Shown here: positions 55,053 through 63,351 of the stretch, in pieces
Numbering within the stretch: position 1 is the first letter of the stretch
How the letters are laid out: each line of letters opens with the position of its first letter
Origin: Nitrospirota bacterium
GTDB lineage: Bacteria > Nitrospirota > Thermodesulfovibrionia > Thermodesulfovibrionales > SM23-35
Assembly: GCA_049323875.1 (NCBI GenBank)
Contig: JBMOLW010000030.1
Coordinates: 224,393 to 288,392 of the forward strand
Reading direction: 5' to 3'
Length of the DNA: 64,000 nt
Position numbers and translations under genes: made by a program
Notes under the pieces: generated by a model
Database searches by the model: none
Told to the model about the DNA's origin: nothing
Seen by the model: only the letters and a program-made list of their open reading frames with translations

Positions 55053-57188
55053 TTTTCTTACCCCTGTGTCAAGGAGTCGCCTAACCGCAGACAGCAACTC
55101 TTTACCCTGGAACGGTTTTCTGATAAAGGCATCGACCAGATTCTCCTTGCTGAGCGAAGCATTGGTGTACCCTGAGATACCGATAATTCTGATCCCCGGT
55201 TTTATCTTTTTCAGGTTTTTTATCAGTTCGTCCCCTTCCATGAGCGGCATCATGATATCCGTAATCACAAGCTGAACAGTCCCGCTATTTTCCCTGAACA
55301 TATCGATTGCGTTGAGAGAGTTGTTGACCGGCATAACCTGGTACCCATGGTTTACCAGGATCTCTTTTACAAAATTGAGCACGTCCACATCGTCGTCAAC
55401 AACCATGATGTTCTCATTACCCTGCATGGAGGTACTCGCAGGCTTCGCGATACCCGCAAGAATTTTTTCAGACGCGGGGAAATAGATCACAAAAGTCGAT
55501 CCCTTGCCTGGTTCACTCTCGACGGAGATATATCCCTTGTGGTCCTTGACGATTCCGTACACCGTCGCAAGGCCCAGCCCCGTCCCCTTGCCCTTTTCCT
55601 TGGTAGTAAAAAAAGGGTCAAAAATCTTGTTCATAATCTGTGCAGGAATTCCGCTCCCGGTATCCGATACCGTCATCACAATATATTTGCCAGGTACTAT
55701 GTAAGTCGGAGTATCGTACCGTTCCCTTCCGATATCAGCCATCTCGGTTCGGATGGTAATAAGGCCGCCATCGGGCATTGCATCCCGTGCGTTCACCATA
55801 AGGTTCATGAGCACCTGTTCGACCTGGTTGGGATCACCCTCAAAGTTCTGAGAGGTGCTGCTCAATTCAAGTTTGATCCCTATCCTTTTGTCCAGCACCC
55901 CTTCGAAAAGCCGAACTGAGTCATTAATAATGTCATGAAGGTTCAGCGGGAGAACCTCATGGGTTTCCCTTCTCGCGAAACTGAGGAGTTTCGATACCAT
56001 CACCCCCGCCTTCCTTGCCGAGCTCTCGATATTCCTTACCCTCAGCTTTGAAGTTTCGTCCAGTTCGCTGAATTCCAGGAGCAGTTCCGAATACCCGAGG
56101 ATGGTGGTCAGGATGTTGTTGAAGTTATGGGCAATGCCGCCCGCGAGCGCTCCGACGGAATCCATTTTCTGTGAATGCATAAGCTGCTCCCGGATCCGCT
56201 TCTTTTCCGTAATATCGCGGTAGAAAGACTGGATGAAAAGTTCTCCTCCTATCTCTATCGCCTTTGCACTGACTTCAAGGTCTACCTTTTCCCCTTCCCT
56301 CCTGTAATGTTCTGTCTCATAGATTATTGATTCACCGTGCAGAATCCGCTCCCTCCGGTCGTCAATCTGTTTCTTATCGCCTCGTGCCTCGAGTAATTCA
56401 ATATTCACTCCTACGAGAGCATCTTTCTCAAACCCATGGATCTCGCAGGCCTTTTTGTTCACATTTACGATCGTTCCGTTCCTGTCCTGCACGATAATAC
56501 CGTCGGTAGCGTTATCGAAGACGGACTTGTGCCATTTCTCAGAGATGGCGAGTTCTTTGGTACGTTCCTGAACGAGGTCTTCGAGCTGGGTAGAATATTT
56601 TTCAAGCTGTGCTTTCTGTTGATCGAGGTCATATTGAAGTCCGACCTCGCTTACTAATCTTTGGTGATGCAGGTATCTTAAGAGGATAAGGGAAAACATT
56701 ACGGATAAGATAAAAATATTCGCATTAATAAAATAAGAGGGATTCGTGATTGTATCATAAAAAAGTATTGGCAGAAGAAATATTGCGTACATTATGGCAG
56801 AAGCTACGATACTCATAATTACGCTCACCGGGATAAGTCCTATAACGTAGACAACAGATAACATAATGCCTGCAAAATAAGGGGATTGATGTCCTCCTAT
56901 CTTGGCTATCATCAAGGCTACCATAGTACACACAGATATCGCAGCCAAGATAGTCACAACATTCTGTCTGTTCCTGTCAACTTTTTGTTTATTGTACAAA
57001 TAGATCAAAAAGATGGAGCCTGCGGCAAAGATGCGATATATTAAAAAAATTTCAAAGTTAGACGGGGTTACAAAATAATCGAGGATGATAAGAGAAAGAA
57101 TAACAAGGGAACCTATTTTTGTTGCAATATTGGACCAATGATAGAGAAGGATGTCCAGATTTGATCGAATGTATTCTTCTTTTGTCAT
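55038..57188 (-). CDS. Hybrid sensor histidine kinase: polytopic membrane sensor, PAS, HisKA, HATPase, C-terminal receiver
   Basis: About 6 TM helices in the first 190 aa, then a coiled coil. PAS domain (FDNATDGIIVQDRNGTIVNVN...), H-box GGIAHNFNNILTTILGY, ATPase motifs NARDAM, DTGSGI and GTGLGLATV, and a REC domain (IMVVDDDVDVL...VITDIMMPLMEG). Confidence 0.9.
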   Translation of the reverse strand: MTKEEYIRSNLDILLYHWSNIATKIGSLVILSLIILDYFVTPSNFEIFLIYRIFAAGSIFLIYLYNKQKVDRNRQNVVTILAAISVCTMVALMIAKIGGHQSPYFAGIMLSVVYVIGLIPVSVIMSIVASAIMYAIFLLPILFYDTITNPSYFINANIFILSVMFSLILLRYLHHQRLVSEVGLQYDLDQQKAQLEKYSTQLEDLVQERTKELAISEKWHKSVFDNATDGIIVQDRNGTIVNVNKKACEIHGFEKDALVGVNIELLEARGDKKQIDDRRERILHGESIIYETEHYRREGEKVDLEVSAKAIEIGGELFIQSFYRDITEKKRIREQLMHSQKMDSVGALAGGIAHNFNNILTTILGYSELLLEFSELDETSKLRVRNIESSARKAGVMVSKLLSFARRETHEVLPLNLHDIINDSVRLFEGVLDKRIGIKLELSSTSQNFEGDPNQVEQVLMNLMVNARDAMPDGGLITIRTEMADIGRERYDTPTYIVPGKYIVMTVSDTGSGIPAQIMNKIFDPFFTTKEKGKGTGLGLATVYGIVKDHKGYISVESEPGKGSTFVIYFPASEKILAGIAKPASTSMQGNENIMVVDDDVDVLNFVKEILVNHGYQVMPVNNSLNAIDMFRENSGTVQLVITDIMMPLMEGDELIKNLKKIKPGIRIIGISGYTNASLSKENLVDAFIRKPFQGKELLSAVRRLLDTGVRKSPLY

Positions 57189-57270
57189 TGAGGTTTTGTC
57201 CGTTTTGACTTTATAATCAATAATATAACATTTGCCTGAACGCTACAATAGTATTCTTTTTGGCTGAATA

Positions 57271-58683
57271 TCATTTCATTTTTTCTTTTCTCAATATCCT
57301 TTTGGCTGTATCATGTCCCGAATAACATGTTCCCGGCATGCCGAATGCGATGCTTGTCCAGTGACCGGTGAGATACAAACCACGAATACCAGTCGTTTTG
57401 CTGAAAAGTGCATCATAAGTCTGCGATGTCGTCTTTGCCCAACCAAAAGCCGCACCTTGAGAATTAAGAGTATATCGATATAACGTGTGAGGGGTAGCTG
57501 CATCAAAATAAACAATATTCTCCCTGATATTCGGAAACAAAGTTTCAATTCTGTTCAAAAAATTATCAGCCACTTTCTTTTTATTTTCTTTCCAGAACAA
57601 TTTATTCATAAAAGGAGCACCGACAAATGCTAATAAGGTTTTCTGGTCGGGAGATACCCTGAACATATACATACCGGCCTTGCCGAAATTGCACTGCTGT
57701 ATTTGGCTATAGATTTCATCCAGATCGTAATGCGGAAGATACCATGTGTTTGTGCCAGGAGGCGGAAGTCCCGCAAATGGTTTATTGATGCCAATATAGA
57801 GAATGAACGTTGATATCGAAGGAACCATATTTTTCAGACTTTCAATTCTCTGTTTGTCAGGGATTGTCTCCCTTAATAAACGAGTATACGTTTGATTCAT
57901 ATCACATGCTGATATGACATATTTGGAACTGAGTGTTACATTGTTTTCCAATTTTACTCCTACTACTGAATCGTGGGTAACAAGAATTTCGTTTACAAGA
58001 GTCCGGTAGAGAATCTTCCCGTGGTTCTCTTTGATAATATAATCGAATGCATTAGGCATATTTTGTATGCCGCCTTCCGGATAGTACCCACCATCAATAA
58101 TAAATTCACTAAATATTTTTGAACCGCTGAATGCATGCATGAGAGATGGCGGTAACCCTCCATTACCAAATACCGGGATAGCAAATGAACTTATCAGTTT
58201 TTCGTCCCGAAAAAAAGACCTCAGCAAGGATTCGAATGTCTTGCTCTTCAATGTACTAAACTGCGCTTGATTTGAGGACATGAGGAAATCAAAGAACTTT
58301 TTGAGATTATCTTTCTCCTGAGGGAACAGCGTTGCCAGTCCAGCCAATGTAGTATCCTTGTCATTCCAAAAGGTCATTGTAAAATCTGGGGCGATTATAA
58401 TGTCAGAGGGATCAAAGCGTTCAATTTTGATTATTTTATCAACTCCCAATTCTGTGAATATTTTATAGACATGTCCACCCTCTCGATAGTTACCGAAAGA
58501 ATGTGCTGCAGAATCGAACAGGAATCCCTTCCTCTTGAAGGAGGTAAAATAGCCTCCTGGTTTATCATGCTGCTCTACGATCAGTACTTTCATGCCCGCT
58601 TTTGCCAGATAGCACCCGCACACAAGGCCGCTTATTCCAGCGCCTATGATAATGGCGTCGTACGTAGTTTGAGATTTTGTCAT
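57271..58683 (-). CDS. CrtI/phytoene-desaturase-like FAD-dependent oxidoreductase
   Basis: N-terminal dinucleotide fold YDAIIIGAGISGLVCGCYLAKAGMKVLIVEQHDKPGG. 470 aa, and the C-terminal LYLTGHWT matches the family. Its ATG abuts the ACP stop with a 0-nt gap. Confidence 0.8.
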   Translation of the reverse strand: MTKSQTTYDAIIIGAGISGLVCGCYLAKAGMKVLIVEQHDKPGGYFTSFKRKGFLFDSAAHSFGNYREGGHVYKIFTELGVDKIIKIERFDPSDIIIAPDFTMTFWNDKDTTLAGLATLFPQEKDNLKKFFDFLMSSNQAQFSTLKSKTFESLLRSFFRDEKLISSFAIPVFGNGGLPPSLMHAFSGSKIFSEFIIDGGYYPEGGIQNMPNAFDYIIKENHGKILYRTLVNEILVTHDSVVGVKLENNVTLSSKYVISACDMNQTYTRLLRETIPDKQRIESLKNMVPSISTFILYIGINKPFAGLPPPGTNTWYLPHYDLDEIYSQIQQCNFGKAGMYMFRVSPDQKTLLAFVGAPFMNKLFWKENKKKVADNFLNRIETLFPNIRENIVYFDAATPHTLYRYTLNSQGAAFGWAKTTSQTYDALFSKTTGIRGLYLTGHWTSIAFGMPGTCYSGHDTAKRILRKEKMK

Positions 58684-58935
58684 TTAAGAGGCTTTCTCTT
58701 TTAATAACGAGGTTACGAGTTCAACTGCCTGGGTAAGGGTGGTAATATTCGGCACATCTTCATCCCTGATGGATATTTTGAATTTTTTTTCTATTGCCAC
58801 CGTAATCTCAATCGCTTTAATGGAATCTATTTCCAGATCAGTAGCTAAATTTTTGTCAGGGGTTATCTCTTCCGGTTCAAATCCTGAGACATCCGAGATG
58901 ATCGATATAATTTCTTGTTCCACATTTTCTGACAT
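58684..58935 (-). CDS. Dedicated acyl carrier protein (divergent from housekeeping AcpP)
   Basis: 83 aa. Phosphopantetheine attachment context LATDLEIDSIKAIEITVAIEKKF (D-S-I in place of the canonical D-S-L) in a four-helix-length protein. Confidence 0.8.
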   Translation of the reverse strand: MSENVEQEIISIISDVSGFEPEEITPDKNLATDLEIDSIKAIEITVAIEKKFKISIRDEDVPNITTLTQAVELVTSLLKEKAS

Positions 58936-58961
58936 GAGCGCTATCCCTTTCCTTTGTGATT

Positions 58962-60167
58962 TTATGCATATTTTCTCACTACCAGTGCTGCATTATTGCC
59001 TCCGAATGCATAAGAATTATTCAGGGCGATATTTACAACATGTTCCCTCGCCTTGTTCGGCACACAGTCTATATCACACTCCGGGTCAGGTGTCTCGTAG
59101 TTGATCGTCGGAGGGATGATATCATTTTTCACAACCAGCGCACAGGTTACCCCTTCTATTGCGGAAGCCGCTCCCATGGTATGGCCTATCATAGATTTTA
59201 CGGAACTAACCGGTATAGAGGAATGCCGGTCTTTGAAAACCTGTTTGATCGCTGCACATTCAGTCCTGTCGTTCGCCCTGGTCCCGGTGCCGTGAGCGCA
59301 GATATAGTCCACGTCTTTTTCACTGATGTCTGCTCCCTTCAGCGCATTCATCATGCACCGTGCAACCCCGTCAACAGATGGCTGCGTCATATGCTGCGCA
59401 TCGCAGCTGAGGCCGTACCCTGATATTTCCGCATAAATTTCAGCGTTCCTTTGCAACGCACTTTCAAGGGATTCGAGGATGAGCATACCCGCCCCTTCCG
59501 CTACCATCATGCCTTTTCTGTTCTTATCAAAAGGCTGACATTTCTCAGGAGCAACCGCACGTAACTGGTTGAACCCGGTAAACTCAATGCGGGAGAACGG
59601 ATCTGATGCGCCAGCGATAACTATATCCGCCCTGTGAAGCCTGATCAGGTCATAGCCGTAGGCAATCCCATAATTTCCGGCTGCGCATGCCGTCGTAAAA
59701 ATAAGGACAGGGCCATTGATTCCGTATTGTCTCGCTGTGTTGCACGGAGCAGCGTGCGTTGGTATTTTGGAAACACTACGGCGATCAACCGATTTCTTGT
59801 GAACCAGCATCGTATTGATATCCTCTATCGTCTGCGCATCACCCAGCGTTGTACCAAATGAAACACCCACGGTCTTTCTCTTAAGGTAGTCTGTTTCAAT
59901 ACCTGAATCAGCAAAGGCGAGTTTCGTTGCAGCCAACGCCATGTGAGAGGAACGGTTCAATAACTTCACGCGTTCTTTATCGATAAAATCTTCCGGCACA
60001 AAACTTTTTACTTCTCCGCCATTGTGGGTAAAATGATCCGCCGTATCAAATGACGAAACAGGACTGATGCCGGACGTCCCCTGAAGGAGGTTCTCCCAGA
60101 ATTCTTTCCATCCTATTCCAATGGATGAAACAACACCCAGTCCTGTAATGACTACCCGTTTATTCAT
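58962..60167 (-). CDS. Beta-ketoacyl-ACP synthase (KAS I/II, FabF-like) with intact Cys-His-His triad
   Basis: MNKRVVITGLGVVSS. Active-site Cys in FTTACAAGNYG, His in ICAHGTGTRANDRTE, His in SVKSMIGHTMGAAS. The ATG at 60167 overlaps the FabZ stop by 8 nt; the ORF track extends to 60242. Confidence 0.88.
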   Translation of the reverse strand: MNKRVVITGLGVVSSIGIGWKEFWENLLQGTSGISPVSSFDTADHFTHNGGEVKSFVPEDFIDKERVKLLNRSSHMALAATKLAFADSGIETDYLKRKTVGVSFGTTLGDAQTIEDINTMLVHKKSVDRRSVSKIPTHAAPCNTARQYGINGPVLIFTTACAAGNYGIAYGYDLIRLHRADIVIAGASDPFSRIEFTGFNQLRAVAPEKCQPFDKNRKGMMVAEGAGMLILESLESALQRNAEIYAEISGYGLSCDAQHMTQPSVDGVARCMMNALKGADISEKDVDYICAHGTGTRANDRTECAAIKQVFKDRHSSIPVSSVKSMIGHTMGAASAIEGVTCALVVKNDIIPPTINYETPDPECDIDCVPNKAREHVVNIALNNSYAFGGNNAALVVRKYA

Positions 60168-60600
60168 GCCTGGCACTGAAAACAAGTTCCGCTTCCGCAA
60201 CTTTTTTATCACCGACAAAAGCTTCTCCCGCAACAAACGCACCTGACGGCAGAGATTTTACGTTTCTTACTTTGATCATCAGCTGGTCTCCGGGAACGAC
60301 CGGATGGGAAAACCGTGCCTTGCAGGAACCGAAATAGTAAAGCGATTTTGCGTCAGTGCCGGCTGTCTCCTTACCGCTGGCAAAGAGAATAATCGCAGTC
60401 TGTGCCATCGCCTCGATGATAAGGGCACCGGGCATGACCGGGGTCTCAGGGAAATGTCCCGGGAAGAACGGTTCATTCATTGAAACATTCTTGAGCGCAA
60501 CAGCTTCTTTTCCGGGTTCCCCATCGAGTACCCTGTCAATCATGAGGAAAGGGTACCTTTGGGGAATCAGTTTCCTGATTGCCTTGATATCAAGTTCCAT
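60160..60600 (-). CDS. FabZ-type 3-hydroxyacyl-ACP dehydratase (hot-dog fold)
   Basis: IPQRYPFLMIDRV and NEPFFPGHFPETPVMPGALIIEAMAQ are canonical FabZ motifs, including the catalytic His. 146 aa. Confidence 0.88.
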   Translation of the reverse strand: MELDIKAIRKLIPQRYPFLMIDRVLDGEPGKEAVALKNVSMNEPFFPGHFPETPVMPGALIIEAMAQTAIILFASGKETAGTDAKSLYYFGSCKARFSHPVVPGDQLMIKVRNVKSLPSGAFVAGEAFVGDKKVAEAELVFSARHE

Positions 60601-60602
60601 TG

Positions 60603-61844
60603 TTATTCCTCGTATCTCTGCAGCACCATTGCCGCATTATTGCCATAAGGATCAGCAGCAAGCACGAGCGTATTTCTTATCATTTTTTTTCTCGCACTGT
60701 TCGGGACATAATCAAGATCACATTCCTGATCCTTCTCTTCATACCCTACTGTTGGTGAGACAATTCCGCGATGGAGACACTCTGTTGCTGCTGCGAGGGA
60801 GAGAGCTCCGGAAGCCGAAAAGGTTTCTCCTGTCATGGATTTAACGGAACTGACCGGGATATCATATGCATACCTGCCGAAAACATTCTTCAGAACGGCT
60901 GTTTCCATCCTGTCGAGCCCTCTGGTGGAATTTGCACATGAGGCAATACAGTCTATGTCTTCCGGAACGAGGGATGCTTCTTTCAAAGCATTCCTGACCG
61001 CATTTGCCAACCCTTCCCCTCCATGGGAAAAGTCCATTGCCGATTCATAATCAAAGGCATTGCTGTAACCAAGAACGGTTGCATAAATTTCAGCGCTTCT
61101 CTCAAGCGCGCGTGTTTTCTCCTCAAGAACAAGAACGGCAGCCCCTTCAGAGAGAATCGTTCCATTTCTCCTCGCATCAAAAGGACAACAGAGAGGCTCT
61201 GTCCCATCCATTCCTGACAGACATCCGAGCCTAGAGAAGCCAAGGAGTGTTTCTTCACACAGCTCCTCGACCCCGCCTGCAAGTACGACATCTGCCCGTC
61301 CAAGCCGGATAAAATCAGCTCCATATGACACCGCATCAAGACCCGCACAAAACCCTGTTGAGATCGTGGCATTAAATCCCCTGATCTTGAACCTTATCGA
61401 TGCCTGACTCGCAGGTGAATTGAGCACTGTATTCGGGAAATGCGAGGGATTGACATATTTCGGTCCATCGAGAAGACCCTGCCTGTCGAATTCAGCGATG
61501 CTATGGAGACTTCCGAACGTAGAGCCGATTGCGACTCCTATACGATGGGTGTTTTCCTCTGTAACCTCCAGCCCTGAATCATCCAGCGCGAGCTTTGCTG
61601 CGGCACTGAGCAACTGGGTGCTTCTGTCAAGCGTCCGGAGCCCTTTCTTGCCGAGCAGAGCAACCGGATCAAAGGCATTGATCTCTCCGGCATGATGCAC
61701 TTTCAATCCCGAGGTATCAAACAGGCTTATCGGTCTGAATCCTGTCCTGCCCTGAACGAGACTATCCCAGTATTCTTCCCTGCCGATACCCACGGGGGAC
61801 ACTATTCCCATCCCGGTAATCACGACGGTTTTCATAGTCTTCAA
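60603..61844 (-). CDS. Ketosynthase paralog lacking both catalytic histidines (Cys-Cys-Glu in place of Cys-His-His)
   Basis: Thiolase-fold KS throughout (VVITGMGIVSPVGIG...). Cys is retained in ISTGFCAGLDA. The first His position reads IASCANSTRGLD and the second reads SVKSMTGETFSASG. 413 aa. Confidence 0.85.
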   Translation of the reverse strand: MKTMKTVVITGMGIVSPVGIGREEYWDSLVQGRTGFRPISLFDTSGLKVHHAGEINAFDPVALLGKKGLRTLDRSTQLLSAAAKLALDDSGLEVTEENTHRIGVAIGSTFGSLHSIAEFDRQGLLDGPKYVNPSHFPNTVLNSPASQASIRFKIRGFNATISTGFCAGLDAVSYGADFIRLGRADVVLAGGVEELCEETLLGFSRLGCLSGMDGTEPLCCPFDARRNGTILSEGAAVLVLEEKTRALERSAEIYATVLGYSNAFDYESAMDFSHGGEGLANAVRNALKEASLVPEDIDCIASCANSTRGLDRMETAVLKNVFGRYAYDIPVSSVKSMTGETFSASGALSLAAATECLHRGIVSPTVGYEEKDQECDLDYVPNSARKKMIRNTLVLAADPYGNNAAMVLQRYEE

Positions 61845-61934
61845 TACCCTCTGTGCCCTGTGAGGTTTCCGATATGAAACAGCCCTGTTTCTTTCCTGAA
61901 ACCCTTACAGTATACCAGATGAAGCGGATCCTTA

Positions 61935-63239
61935 CTATGATGATGCCAGATAAAACACTATGACACCTGAATCCTCCCGGGTTTCGGTGATTGAACTCTT
62001 CGGAATATCAGCATCGGCAAATATCCGGAAAAAATCTTCCTCAGTCCGCTGCAGGAAACCATCCCAATCCACAATCCAGTGGTAATCCTGGTGCCGGTAG
62101 CGCCTGGCGTCCTTGAATGAGGTAATAAGCAGTCCTCCCGGGTTCAACAGCCTGTACAGGCTGTTGAACAGCCGTGCAAGAAATTCTGATTCAAGATAAT
62201 CAAAGAAACCGACGCTGTAGATTATATCCTGCTTTCCGAATTCACTCACGTTCAGTTCGTGGTCAAACATCCTGAGGGCATTGTATTTCCGCAGCACGAC
62301 CTGGTCTGATGTCAGCGGAGAAATATTCGTATAGGAAAGCCGGTTTGCTGAGAAAGAGAGGGCGTCGTTATCAATGTCTATACAGGTGAAGCGGGCACCT
62401 GATTCCTCAATGTCCCGCGCCAGCGTAAAGACTTCACGGCAAGATCCGCAGGCAATATTCAGAACATTCGGTTTCTCTCTCTTTCTCAATTCTTGTCTTA
62501 ATATTCCTTCGAGTTTCTCTATCCTGTTCCTTACTGCGGGGCCAAGGTCCGCATCCAACAGATAGCGATCCAGATAGTATCCAATGCCTTCCGACAGCGG
62601 GGTATTCTTATAGGCAATCTCAAGCGTTTTGTAATCACCCTGCTGACCTTGCGGCCATGTACGCGCCCGGTTGATGCAGTAACTTTTCGAAAGGACTGTG
62701 TTGGTTTTCTCCCTGAACCGTATCCTCGTCGCCCTGATGACATCCCTGTCTTTCACCTTCTGTTCGAATTCGGCGCAGGACCTCAGCACGTCATCTATCG
62801 CCTCCCTGGTCACCTGAAAAAGTTCTTCAGGTTTTTCTTCCGGGTTAAGGCATCTTTTTTCCAGGGTTTCAAGACGTGCATTGAATACCTCGGTGGCCTC
62901 ATCGAGCCGGTCAACATATTTCCCGTCCAGCTCAACACCGGCCCTGTACCCGGTCTCGACCTGAGAACACCAGCGCACGAATCCAACCTTTTCCTCAATC
63001 CCGCCGTTGAACCATATCACATTCCCCGGCGAAAGAGGATAATCGGTTTGTATACCGACACCAGTCTTGCTGATATCAACCGCCTGCGCCTTCAGATCTA
63101 TCAGTCTGCGCTGTTTCGCATCATTCGAAAAAACAGAATAATCGACTTCGATTGCACAGGGCATTCTCGAAACCTTCCGGTTTGTTGCATGGTAAACTGT
63201 TCCTGAATATTCCATAAGACCCCCTTTTTGATACTCCAT
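61935..63239 (-). CDS. PilZ domain fused to class I SAM-dependent methyltransferase
   Basis: The N-terminus has RKVSR (RxxxR) and DISKTG (DxSxxG). The C-terminus has SAM motif I VLNIACGSCRE, then FTCIDIDNDAL, IIYSVGFFDYL and LNPGGLLI. The alternative start is the ATG at 63215. Confidence 0.8.
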   Translation of the reverse strand: MEYQKGGLMEYSGTVYHATNRKVSRMPCAIEVDYSVFSNDAKQRRLIDLKAQAVDISKTGVGIQTDYPLSPGNVIWFNGGIEEKVGFVRWCSQVETGYRAGVELDGKYVDRLDEATEVFNARLETLEKRCLNPEEKPEELFQVTREAIDDVLRSCAEFEQKVKDRDVIRATRIRFREKTNTVLSKSYCINRARTWPQGQQGDYKTLEIAYKNTPLSEGIGYYLDRYLLDADLGPAVRNRIEKLEGILRQELRKREKPNVLNIACGSCREVFTLARDIEESGARFTCIDIDNDALSFSANRLSYTNISPLTSDQVVLRKYNALRMFDHELNVSEFGKQDIIYSVGFFDYLESEFLARLFNSLYRLLNPGGLLITSFKDARRYRHQDYHWIVDWDGFLQRTEEDFFRIFADADIPKSSITETREDSGVIVFYLASS

Positions 63240-63351
63240 TGTTTTATTGCTCCTGCACAGCGAGATCAGTCATGAACAATGCCTGCTTACGTCATCATCG
63301 TTACACGCCTCCTTTCCAGCCTAAAAATATCCCTTTCCATTCGTCAGAGAA

